The notes beneath the pieces are model-generated. The model saw nothing but the letters and a program-made list of their open reading frames with translations, made no database searches and was not told the origin of the DNA. From Phycisphaerae bacterium (GTDB lineage Bacteria > Planctomycetota > Phycisphaerae > UBA1845 > PWPN01), in NCBI GenBank assembly GCA_018003015.1, contig JAGNEZ010000018.1:10836-74835 (forward strand): a stretch of 64,000 nt of DNA. Reading direction: 5' to 3'. The position numbers and the translations under genes are program-made. Of this stretch, positions 1-8,467 are shown piece after piece (position 1 is the first letter of the stretch; each line of letters starts with the position of its first letter).

Positions 1-454
1 CCTCCAGGAGTTCGACGGCTCGCATGTCCTGGGGGCGCCCCATGGCTCGTTTGGCCTGGATCAAAGAGTCGATGCTGAGCACACGGTAGGTTCGGCCATC
101 CAGATCGACAGTGACTGCACGGCCGGCAACCTCATCGTACCCGCCAAGCCCGGCGATTTCGCCAAGAACGTCGATCTGCCCGAGATCGGTCTCGATGTAC
201 AGGTTCTTGAACCCGTGGAGGCGAGCGGGATCCTCCGGCAGCGGCGGACGGTCCGGCCGCATCCGGTGTTTGGGATGAAGCCCGTTCAGGGCCGCAAGCA
301 ACCGGGTGAGGTTCTCCGGACTCATCGGAGCGCAGACGTCGATATCCTCGGTAATCAGCCCGCAGCCGTGAACAACACCAGCCATGCCGCCCACCAGCAC
401 GCACTCAACGCCGTGGTCAGCCAGCCGCTTGAGGAGGTCGAGGGTCGAAGCCAT
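1..454 (-). CDS. pol-beta-fold nucleotidyltransferase family protein; 3' end lies beyond the window edge
   Basis: Absent from the ORF track because it has no stop inside the window. My translation from ATG (complement of 452-454) reads MASTLDLLKRLADHGVECVLVGGMAGVVHGCGLITEDIDVCAPMSPENL... VGG-x13-DIDV fits the minimal NTase signature hG[GS]x9-13Dh[DE]h. Confidence 0.6.
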   Translation of the reverse strand, partial: MASTLDLLKRLADHGVECVLVGGMAGVVHGCGLITEDIDVCAPMSPENLTRLLAALNGLHPKHRMRPDRPPLPEDPARLHGFKNLYIETDLGQIDVLGEIAGLGGYDEVAGRAVTVDLDGRTYRVLSIDSLIQAKRAMGRPQDMRAVELLE

Positions 455-641
455 AGAGCTTGGTTCCCGCCAAACGCAGGGCACGTACCAGAGCCAGCGA
501 CCGATCATTCCGGCGTATCCGATCAGCCGGAGACAATGCCAGCCAGTCGTCGAGCAAACGAGCGTCGGCCTCAGCGTCCCTCTCGAACGAACGACCCTCA
601 GCCGCAACGGGCTCAGGATTGACCTCTGCGGAACACATCAA
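417..641 (-). CDS. small hypothetical protein, upstream partner overlapping the NTase start by 38 nt
   Basis: 74-aa ORF with a TTG-ATG start. N-terminal half is acidic; C-terminal half is basic and helical (SPADRIRRNDRSLALVRALRLAG). Co-oriented with and overlapping the NTase ORF. No family recognised. Confidence 0.4.
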   Translation of the reverse strand: MMCSAEVNPEPVAAEGRSFERDAEADARLLDDWLALSPADRIRRNDRSLALVRALRLAGTKLYGFDPRPPQAAG

Positions 642-1025
642 CTGCTATTCTACTTCGCGGCTTCTCAATCAGCCAGACCGCACGCCAAGCTGACGCAGTT
701 GTGGATCCACCGCCCCCAAGCATCCCTCGGGATGTGTTCGGCAGATTGCGTTGGCACTACGTGGAACTGAGCCTGATACAGCCCCCAAAAGAGCATCGAA
801 CCAAAACGCGGTATCAGGGGCCCGGGGGGCGCCACGACCATGGACAGTTGGGCGATGGAACAACCATGTACGGCCGTAGCACACCGATGCAGGTCTCGGG
901 ATTGACCGCGGTGACACACCGCTACCTGCGGCCGTCTCCTCATGACCGCGCGAAACCTGCCCACCCCGCGGGCTGCCTCGGTTTCTCGGATGTGCCCGCG
1001 AGACGGCAGGAACCCTGCAACCGCC

Positions 1026-1054
1026 TTGACGCCCCCGCCCCCTGACGGTACGCT
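1026..1054 (+). promoter_or_regulatory. sigma70-like promoter candidate for the Trm112-like/rpsR pair
   Basis: TTGACG (1026-1031), 17-nt spacer, TACGCT (1049-1054), about 85 nt upstream of the ATG at 1139. Confidence 0.3.
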
Positions 1055-1138
1055 ATGGGATCCCCGGTAAGGGCCACGGACCGGCCCCCGGAGGTAATCT
1101 GTCCGTTATGCGGACGCTGAGACGGGGACGGGAAACCT

Positions 1139-1369
1139 ATGGCCCAAACGCTTGACCCGGAGCTCATGGAGATCCTCGTTTGTCCGGAAAGCCACGCCCG
1201 GCTGGAACAGGTCGGCGAATGGCTTTACAGCACCGACCCGGCCACCCGGCGGCGGTACCCCATCCGGGAGGGGATTCCGATCATGTTGATCGACGAGTCC
1301 GAGGTCGTCGATGAGGCGGAGTTCAAGCGGATCATGCAACAGGTTCAGGAGAAACGTGCGAATGGCTAA
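1139..1369 (+). CDS. Trm112 family protein (UPF0434/YcaR-like)
   Basis: 76 aa: MEILVCPESHARLEQVGEWLYSTDPATRRRYPIREGIPIMLIDES. This is the typical Trm112 zinc-ribbon-like core ending in GIPxML. Confidence 0.85.
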   Translation: MAQTLDPELMEILVCPESHARLEQVGEWLYSTDPATRRRYPIREGIPIMLIDESEVVDEAEFKRIMQQVQEKRANG

Positions 1370-1616
1370 CGATGCACAGAGGAAGTCCGGCGGCCGCCGG
1401 CAGGAAAAACGCCGCTTCGCGGACCGGGGCGGCGAAGGCTGGAAAGGCCCGATCATCGACTACAAGGAGGTCGAGCTGCTCCGCAAGTTCATGACCGCCA
1501 GCAGCAAGACCATGTCCCGCAAGCGGGCCGGCACCAGCGCCCGCGAGCAGCGCGACCTGCGCCGGGCCATCAAGCGAGCCCGGTTCCTCGCCCTGCTACC
1601 CTACACCGGGACTTGA
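1362..1616 (+). CDS. rpsR: 30S ribosomal protein S18
   Basis: IDYKEVELLRKFMTASSKTMSRKRAGTSAREQRDLRRAIKRARFLALLPY. Start taken at the internal ATG 1362 (MANDAQRK), which overlaps the Trm112-like stop by 8 nt. Confidence 0.9.
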   Translation: MANDAQRKSGGRRQEKRRFADRGGEGWKGPIIDYKEVELLRKFMTASSKTMSRKRAGTSAREQRDLRRAIKRARFLALLPYTGT

Positions 1617-1636
1617 TCCGGCCGAATACCGGGCAA

Positions 1637-1710
1637 GCGCCCGTAGCTCAATTGGACAGAGCATCTGGCTTCGGACCAGAGGGTTGGAGGTTCGAGTCCC
1701 CCCGGGCGCG
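1637..1710 (+). tRNA. tRNA-Arg (anticodon UCG)
   Basis: Hand-folded cloverleaf. Acceptor GCGCCCG/CGGGCGC, D arm GCTC-AATTGGACA-GAGC, anticodon arm TCTGG-CTTCGGA-CCAGA, T arm GGAGG-TTCGAGT-CCCCC (one A-C mismatch), discriminator G. No encoded CCA. Confidence 0.85.
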
Positions 1711-1754
1711 TTCGTGAGTGACTCATCCCCTTTCCTTAGAGCGGACCTTGCTGC

Positions 1755-3086
1755 ATGATCGACCCGAAACTCATCCGCCAGGACCCCGAACGGTTCAAGA
1801 ACGCCGTCAAGCTGAAACGGATGGACTGTGATATCGATGCGTTCTGTACCCTGGACGATCGCCGACGCGCACTGCAAGTCAGTCTTGATGAATTAAAACA
1901 TCAACAGAACGAAACCGGTAACCAGATCGCCCTCTACCGCAACCCCAAGAGCCAGTGGTATCAGGCCGCGGTGGCCGCCGGCCGGTCCGTCGATCAACTC
2001 AAGGCCGAGGCCCAAAAGCTCGTCCACCAGATGGCCGACCTCAAGAACAAGACCAAGGACCTCGAAGCCGAGTTCAAGGAAGTCAGCGACCGGTTCGATG
2101 CCATGCTGCTGACCATCCCCCAGCCCCCCGCCCCCGAGGTCCCCGTCGGCCAGGACGACACCCAGAACGTCGAGATCCGCAGGGTCGGACAAGCGCCGCA
2201 TCCCGGCTTCAAGCTCAAGGACCACGTTGCCCTGCTGACCGAACTGGGTATGCTCGATGTCGAACGCGGGGTCAAGCTGGCCGGTGCCCGGAACTACGTG
2301 CTCCGCGGGCTCGGCGTGGCCTTGCACCGAGCTGTGCTGCAGCTCGCCGTGGACCTGATGAATGAGCGCGGCTTCGTTCAGCTGGGCGTGCCCGTCCTCG
2401 TCCGCGACACCATGATGGTCGGCACCGGCTACTTCCCGGGCGGCGAGGAACAGGCCTACCGCTGCGAGCGCGACCAGATGAGCCTGGTGGGCACGGCCGA
2501 GGTGCCGTTGACCGCCTACCACTGCGACGAGATTCTCAACGAGGACGAACTCCCCAAGAAGTACTTCGCGCTGAGCTCGTGCTTCCGCCGCGAGGCTGGA
2601 GCGGCCGGCAAAGACACCTATGGACTGTACCGAATCCACACGTTCGACAAGGTCGAGCAGGTCATCATTTGCCGGAACGACGAGCAGACCTCGATCCAGC
2701 ACCACGCGGAGATCCTCCAGAACGCCGAGGACGTCCTCACCAAGCTGGAACTGCCCTACCGGGTCGTTAACGTGTGCAGCGGCGACCTCGGACAGGGACA
2801 AGTTCAGAAATTCGATATCGAAACGTGGATGCCCTCACGCGGTAACTACGGCGAGACCCACTCGGCTTCGCGATTCTATGAGTTCCAGGCCCGGCGGCTT
2901 AAGCTGCGATATCGCGACAAGGACCGCAACCTCAAGTTCTGCCACACGCTGAACAACACGGTCATCGCCAGCCCCCGGGTCCTGATCGCACTAGTCGAGA
3001 ACCACCAGAACCAAGACGGGACCATCCGTCTGCCCAAGGCCCTGCGACCCTACCTGGGTGGGCGCGAAGTGCTGGGGAAATCCTGA
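1755..3086 (+). CDS. serS: seryl-tRNA synthetase
   Basis: 443 aa. N-terminal coiled-coil arm begins MIDPKLIRQDPERFKNAVKLKR. Class II core includes FRREAGAAGKDTYGLYRIHTFDKVEQ and HTLNNTVIASPRVLIALVENHQ. Confidence 0.97.
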   Translation: MIDPKLIRQDPERFKNAVKLKRMDCDIDAFCTLDDRRRALQVSLDELKHQQNETGNQIALYRNPKSQWYQAAVAAGRSVDQLKAEAQKLVHQMADLKNKTKDLEAEFKEVSDRFDAMLLTIPQPPAPEVPVGQDDTQNVEIRRVGQAPHPGFKLKDHVALLTELGMLDVERGVKLAGARNYVLRGLGVALHRAVLQLAVDLMNERGFVQLGVPVLVRDTMMVGTGYFPGGEEQAYRCERDQMSLVGTAEVPLTAYHCDEILNEDELPKKYFALSSCFRREAGAAGKDTYGLYRIHTFDKVEQVIICRNDEQTSIQHHAEILQNAEDVLTKLELPYRVVNVCSGDLGQGQVQKFDIETWMPSRGNYGETHSASRFYEFQARRLKLRYRDKDRNLKFCHTLNNTVIASPRVLIALVENHQNQDGTIRLPKALRPYLGGREVLGKS

Positions 3087-3382
3087 AATGCTCAAACGCC
3101 GACGCCAAAAGACCGGCCGATGCACGTTCCTGTTTCGCTAGCCGTCGTTCGGCTGCTGGGCGGCCCTTCGACGGCACCCTCACGGCGTCATACACTCAGA
3201 GAACCTGTAACGGAAGGACAATCAGCGTATCATATCGAGAAAGAACCTCGCGCCCTGCGCCACGCGCGGGCGAGTCACCATGTGGGCCTACCCTGGTAGG
3301 TGTGGCGCCGGCATCTTGTCGGTCAACCGACAGGCTCGAAGCCTGTCCGCCTATCAAGAGGAACTGTAAGGGAGTCTCAACC

Positions 3383-4405
3383 ATGATCGTCGTTATGCAA
3401 GAAGGATGTCCAAAGGAAAACGTGGACCACGTCTGCCACTTGATCCGCGAGATGAGCCTGATCGATCACGTCATCGTCGGGACTGAACGGACAGTCGTCG
3501 CCGTGATCGGCGACGACCGCCTCAAGGACCGCAGCGTGCTGGAGAGCTGCCCGGGGGTCGATCGGGTCGTGCCGATTCTGGCTCCCTACAAGGTCGCCAG
3601 CCGGGTAGCCAAGCCGGAACCAACAGTCATTCCGCTCGGCGGGCGGCTCGGGGCGTCGGTCGGCGGGAGGAGAGTCTGCGTGATGGCCGGCCCATGCAGC
3701 GTCGAGGACCGCTCCATGCTGCTCGAAATCGCCCACGCCGTGAAGGATGCGGGCGCCACCGCACTGCGCGGCGGAGCCTTCAAGCCACGGACCAGCCCGT
3801 ATCAGTTCCAGGGTTTGGGCGAAAAGGGCCTGAAGCACCTGGCCGAGGCCCGCGAGCAGACCGGCCTGGCCGTGGTCACCGAGGTCATGAGCATCGACCA
3901 GGTAGATTTGGTCTGCGAGTACGCCGACGTGCTCCAGATCGGTACACGGAACATGCACAACTTCAACCTGCTGACCGCGGTAGGCAAAACCAACAAACCG
4001 GTACTGCTCAAGCGAGGATGGATCGCCACCCTGGAGGAGTTCCTGCTGGCCGCCGAGTACATCATGGATGCGGGCAATCAACGGGTCGTTCTGTGCGAGC
4101 GCGGCATCCGCACACACGAGCAGTACGTGCGTAACACCCTCACCCTGGCCATCATCCCGGCGGTCAAGCGCGAATCGCACTTGCCCATCGTCATCGATCC
4201 GTCGCAAGGGACCGGCCACGCCTACATGGTACCGGCCATGTGCCGGGCATCGGTGGCCGCGGGCGCGGATGGACTGCTGATCGAGGTACACCACGATCCC
4301 GAGCACGCCATGACCGACGGAGGACAATCGGTGACCCTGCAGACCTTCACCAAGATCATGAAGGAAATCAAGGCCATCGCAGCGGTAGTGGAGAGGGAAG
4401 CGTAG
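3383..4405 (+). CDS. aroF: 3-deoxy-7-phosphoheptulonate (DAHP) synthase, type I-beta, with N-terminal regulatory domain
   Basis: MIVVMQEGCPKENVDHVCHLIREMSL is a ferredoxin-like regulatory domain of the Thermotoga type. Core includes MAGPCSVED, ALRGGAFKPRTSPYQFQGLG, QIGTRNMHNFNLL and IVIDPSQGTG. AAGGGAG lies just upstream of ATG 3383. Confidence 0.9.
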   Translation: MIVVMQEGCPKENVDHVCHLIREMSLIDHVIVGTERTVVAVIGDDRLKDRSVLESCPGVDRVVPILAPYKVASRVAKPEPTVIPLGGRLGASVGGRRVCVMAGPCSVEDRSMLLEIAHAVKDAGATALRGGAFKPRTSPYQFQGLGEKGLKHLAEAREQTGLAVVTEVMSIDQVDLVCEYADVLQIGTRNMHNFNLLTAVGKTNKPVLLKRGWIATLEEFLLAAEYIMDAGNQRVVLCERGIRTHEQYVRNTLTLAIIPAVKRESHLPIVIDPSQGTGHAYMVPAMCRASVAAGADGLLIEVHHDPEHAMTDGGQSVTLQTFTKIMKEIKAIAAVVEREA

Positions 4406-4429
4406 CCCCAACGTGAGGCGTAATAAGCG

Positions 4430-5434
4430 ATGAGTGACGGGTTGACCGGCGACGAGGATGTTGTGGGCGCCGCGAGGTTTGACGTCCGCGGTGCGTGCCG
4501 GTGGGTGATCGAACGGGCAGATTGTATTCAGATCGACACCGGGGCCATCGAGCGGTGGGCCAAGCACGTGTCACTACATGAGATCCGGCCCGCGCCTCGC
4601 CCCGCAACCCTGCGCTTTCTGGGTCGGCCGGCAGACGTCGCCCGCTGGATCCTGCTCATCGACTGCCTCAACTTCTTCTTCTGGTCGCAGACCGGTCCGC
4701 TCTGGACGGTCGAATACGAAGGCCGACCTTGGCAGCGGTACTTCGCACTGGTCGCCGCACTGCGACGAGCAGTGGCCCGTCACCCGAGCTGGCTGACCGC
4801 CGAACGATGGGCCTCGGCCACTGCAAAAGACTGCGCGGCCGTGTTCGCCGGCGACGGGCACATTCCCCTGCTCGAGGAGCGGACGAGGATCCTGAACGAA
4901 ACCGGCCGCGTGCTGCTGAACCGGTTCGACGGTGAGGCCATCCACTTGGCCGAGGAAGCGAGGTTCGATGCCGTCCGTGTCGCGGCGGCCGTAAGCGAGG
5001 CGTTTCCGAGTTTCCGTGATGTCCACGGCTACAAGGGCCGGCAGATCCCGATCCTGAAGCGAGCCCAGATTTTCGCATCGGATCTGGCCGCCGGCTTCGA
5101 GGAAAACCAGACCACACCGATCGCCAATCTGGCGGGCTTGACCGCGTTCGCCGACTACCGGCTGCCCCAGACGCTTCGCCACTTCGGCGTCATGGTCCTG
5201 GCGGCCGAGCTCGAGTCGAGGATCGAGTCCGAACAACTGGTCAGATCCGGAAGCCCGGAAGAAATCGAATTGCGGGCGGGAACCGTCCGGGCGGTTGACC
5301 TGATGGTCGAAGCCTTGCGCCGGATGCGGCGAGCGGATCTGCCCTGCTGGTTGGTGGATGAGTACCTGTGGGATCATAGCCACGACCCGGATGTGATCGT
5401 CCGGCATCACCGGACAGTGACGCATTATTACTGA
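4430..5434 (+). CDS. queuosine salvage family protein (DUF2419/Qng1-like)
   Basis: 334 aa. LLIDCLNFFFWSQ and FADYRLPQTLRHFGVMVL match motifs I recall for DUF2419. Confidence 0.7.
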   Translation: MSDGLTGDEDVVGAARFDVRGACRWVIERADCIQIDTGAIERWAKHVSLHEIRPAPRPATLRFLGRPADVARWILLIDCLNFFFWSQTGPLWTVEYEGRPWQRYFALVAALRRAVARHPSWLTAERWASATAKDCAAVFAGDGHIPLLEERTRILNETGRVLLNRFDGEAIHLAEEARFDAVRVAAAVSEAFPSFRDVHGYKGRQIPILKRAQIFASDLAAGFEENQTTPIANLAGLTAFADYRLPQTLRHFGVMVLAAELESRIESEQLVRSGSPEEIELRAGTVRAVDLMVEALRRMRRADLPCWLVDEYLWDHSHDPDVIVRHHRTVTHYY

Positions 5435-5450
5435 AAACGGGAGATGAGCC

Positions 5451-6344
5451 TTGAGAAGTGAAACCTCCGTCCCAAACCGATCGCCGCGTTCTGGGCCGAC
5501 CGGCCTGTACCATCGTGTCGCAACCGGCCGAGTCCTCACGGCAGCCGCCATCGGCATCGTCACCATTCTCGGCGGATGCGGTGCACCCGGCGCGAAGATC
5601 GAGAGTCGAGTCGAAACACCGCAGGAACAGTACGCTCGCGAGGGGCAACGAATCGCAGCCGATCCCGTGGCCTGCCTGCGGAGGTTGAAGACCCGCTGCG
5701 ACGCGATGGAACAATATCAGCTCACCTTCTATCGCCAGGAACGGCTGGGAGTTGTGCCGCAACTCACCGACATGGAGACAATCCGGGCCCGATTCCGCAA
5801 GACACCCTTCAGCGTCAAGTTCGAGTGGGACGACGAGAGGATGCCGTTTTTCGAATCCGTGTATGTGGCCGGGCAGAACGACGGGAAATTGCTCATCCGC
5901 GAACGGCATGGACTGCTGTTTATGCCGCCGCAGGTCCGCATTCTGGATGCAGATCTTCCCACCAAGATCGGCAAGGCGAAAAACCCGATCACCTCGTTCG
6001 GCCTGGCCCAGGTTACCAGCCGATCGCTCGAGGCGTTCGACGACCCGAAGACGGCGAAGGTCATGACCATCAACTATGAGGGGGTGGTCGATCTCGAACC
6101 CATGCACCGCCCGGCCCACCATCTGGTGGTTCAGCGCCCGCCGATGCCAGGCTACCAGTACACCCGCCAGGACTTCTACATCGATGCCGAGACCCTGCTG
6201 CCGTCCGGCACGGATCTCTGGCTCAAAGACGGGACACTCGACGCCCGGTACCGATACACGGATGTCAGGAAACGGACAGACTTCACTGACGCGGATTTCC
6301 GGCTGGACAAGGACCATCCGGACGGGAAGAAGCACACCCCATAG
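5451..6344 (+). CDS. DUF1571-like lipoprotein
   Basis: TTG start with GGGAG 8 nt upstream. Lipobox is VTILGGCG. Core QYQLTFYRQERLG...FSVKFEWDD...VYVAGQNDGKLLI resembles DUF1571 (LolA-like). Confidence 0.6.
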   Translation: MRSETSVPNRSPRSGPTGLYHRVATGRVLTAAAIGIVTILGGCGAPGAKIESRVETPQEQYAREGQRIAADPVACLRRLKTRCDAMEQYQLTFYRQERLGVVPQLTDMETIRARFRKTPFSVKFEWDDERMPFFESVYVAGQNDGKLLIRERHGLLFMPPQVRILDADLPTKIGKAKNPITSFGLAQVTSRSLEAFDDPKTAKVMTINYEGVVDLEPMHRPAHHLVVQRPPMPGYQYTRQDFYIDAETLLPSGTDLWLKDGTLDARYRYTDVRKRTDFTDADFRLDKDHPDGKKHTP

Positions 6345-6399
6345 CCGTCGAGGCTCGGGAGGAAGAAAGGGGAAACCCCGGCAGAAGAGGCCGCCCTCG

Positions 6400-7998
6400 C
6401 TACGCCGATCTCTTCAAAGGGTCACTCTCCACCTGGACCCCGCGGGAACTCGCCGAAGCGTCTCGAGCCATCTCGGCCCCGTCGCCGAGTATGTGCCTGC
6501 CCAGCCGGTGACCGAACCAGGTCGTGAGCGGGACATACAGGTATCCCACCATGAACAGACAGATGAACGGAACACCGATGGTGATGCGGTGGTTCGAAAG
6601 GCACAGCGCGAGGCAGGCGAGCAGGTAGAGGCCGATCGCCAGTTCGACGAAGGGCTGGATGCGGGTCCTGCGGCCCTTCCGCCGGGTAACCTGGGCCTGC
6701 TGCTGGAACTTGCCGTCACCGGCGGTCACCCCAAACTTCGGCGTTCGAACGAACTCGCCAGGCTTGCCGAAGAAGCCGGCGAAGACCGCCCGGGCGTTGT
6801 TCAGCGAGATGCCGATCCCCAGCGACATCAGGAAGGGTATGTACTTGAGACTCTCCGACCACGTCTTGAACTGAGCCCGCTGGCTGGCAATGTAGAAGGT
6901 GCTCGCCCCACAGGTGGCCAGCAGCAGCACGGACGCGTCAAACAGGTATCGGCCCCAGCCCTCCTCGAACACATGCAGCTTGAGATACACTACCGGGTAG
7001 AGCATGAGGGTCAGAATGACCACGTACACATAGACGGTGCAGGAAGTCAGGTGGAAGAAAGCCTCGAGTTTGATCCGCTTGGGCAGCCGGGAACGGAGGA
7101 TCATCGGGAGCAGCTTCCGGCAAGTCTGGGCACCACCCTTGGCCCAGCGGTACTGCTGCTGCTTGAAGGCTTCCATGTCCGGGGGCAGTTCGGCAGGCGA
7201 GGTCAGATCGGGCAGAAACTGGAACTTCCAGCCCTTCATCTGGGCCCGGTAAGACAGGTCGAGGTCCTCGGTCAGGGTGTCATGCTGCCAGCCACCGGCA
7301 TCCTCAATGCACGCCCGGCGCCATAGGCCGGCAGTGCCGTTGAAACTCATGAACCGGCCAGAGCGGTTTCGGGCTGCGTGCTCGATCACGAAGTGACCAT
7401 CGAGGAGAATGGCCTGTCCCTTGGTCAGTAGCGACTGCTCCCGATTCAAGTGCTCCCAGCGGGCCTGGACCATGCCGACACGCGGATCGGTGAAGTAGTG
7501 AATGGTCTCACGGATGATCTCGGGCGGCGGAATGAAGTCCGCGTCGAAGATGAGAATGAACTCTCCGGTGGCGGTCTTCATGCCGTGAGTCAGGGCCCCG
7601 GCCTTGAAACCCTCCCGGTTGACGCGGTGCACGTAATCAATGTCGACACCACGTCCGCGCCAGTATTCCACAGCAGCTCGGGCGATCTGAACCGTCTCGT
7701 CGGTTGAGTCGTCAAGCACCTGAATCTGGAGCCGATCCCTGGGATAATCGATCCGGCAGGTGTGATCAATGATCCGCCGGGCAACCACGTTCTCGTTGTA
7801 CATCGGGAGCTGAATGGTCACTCGGGGAAGCGTCAGAAAACAGGCCCGGGCCTTCGGCGTGTTGCGGCGATACTTATAGTAGAGATGCACCAGCTGGTAA
7901 CGATGCATGCCGTACACGCACACCACCAGGAGAATGGCCAGGTAAGCGAAGAGAAAAGCGCTGACCACCGTTTCGCTCTCAAGCAGCCGCTCAATCAT
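6400..7998 (-). CDS. membrane-embedded processive family-2 glycosyltransferase (CslA/BcsA-like beta-glycan synthase)
   Basis: Has the D,D,D,QxxRW signature (VLDDSTD, IFDADF, LTEDLDLS, QQQYRWAKG) plus N- and C-terminal TM helices. Start set at MIERLL (7998), giving an ATGA overlap with the HIT gene stop. Confidence 0.85.
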   Translation of the reverse strand: MIERLLESETVVSAFLFAYLAILLVVCVYGMHRYQLVHLYYKYRRNTPKARACFLTLPRVTIQLPMYNENVVARRIIDHTCRIDYPRDRLQIQVLDDSTDETVQIARAAVEYWRGRGVDIDYVHRVNREGFKAGALTHGMKTATGEFILIFDADFIPPPEIIRETIHYFTDPRVGMVQARWEHLNREQSLLTKGQAILLDGHFVIEHAARNRSGRFMSFNGTAGLWRRACIEDAGGWQHDTLTEDLDLSYRAQMKGWKFQFLPDLTSPAELPPDMEAFKQQQYRWAKGGAQTCRKLLPMILRSRLPKRIKLEAFFHLTSCTVYVYVVILTLMLYPVVYLKLHVFEEGWGRYLFDASVLLLATCGASTFYIASQRAQFKTWSESLKYIPFLMSLGIGISLNNARAVFAGFFGKPGEFVRTPKFGVTAGDGKFQQQAQVTRRKGRRTRIQPFVELAIGLYLLACLALCLSNHRITIGVPFICLFMVGYLYVPLTTWFGHRLGRHILGDGAEMARDASASSRGVQVESDPLKRSA

Positions 7999-8417
7999 GA
8001 CAGGGCATCCTTGACCAACTGCTGCACGACCTCGCCGCGACCGGTCGCGTACTTGGATGGTTTCCACCGAAACCCCAGGCCGTCGGCCGCGCTGCGGGGA
8101 ATCACGTGCCAGTGAACATGGGGCACCTCCTGCCCGGCCACAGGCTCGTTGTTGAGTAGCAGATTGCAGCCTTCGGCGGACGTGACCCCCACCACCGCAC
8201 GCACCAACCGGGGAAAGTGCCTGGCCAGCGCGGCCATCTTGTCCGGCGGCATGTCCTCCACACGGGCGTAGTGCTCCTTGGGGACGACGAGCAGGTGCCC
8301 CTCAGCCAGAGGACCAATATCCAGAAAGGCCAGCGTGCCATCATCCTCGAACACCCGCAAGGCAGGGATCTGTCCTGCGACGATCTTGCAGAAAATGCAG
8401 TTGGGATCGGCACTCAT
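7995..8417 (-). CDS. HIT family (histidine triad) nucleotide hydrolase
   Basis: 140 aa. N-terminus is CIFCKIVAGQIPA. Histidine triad is VPHVHWHVIP. Confidence 0.9.
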   Translation of the reverse strand: MSADPNCIFCKIVAGQIPALRVFEDDGTLAFLDIGPLAEGHLLVVPKEHYARVEDMPPDKMAALARHFPRLVRAVVGVTSAEGCNLLLNNEPVAGQEVPHVHWHVIPRSAADGLGFRWKPSKYATGRGEVVQQLVKDALS

Positions 8418-8467
8418 GAATGAGACCCGGCCGGCGTACCCGGGTCGGGAGCGGCCCTGAACCGGAA

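Noticed and set aside
3088-3141. 17-codon basic uORF (MLKRRRQKTGRCTFLFR) starting 2 nt after the serS stop.
   Set aside because: Too short, with no SD and no conservation evidence available.
3302-3382. GTG-initiated 27-aa extension of the DAHP synthase ORF.
   Set aside because: The conserved regulatory domain starts at MIVVMQEG, with an SD just upstream of ATG 3383.
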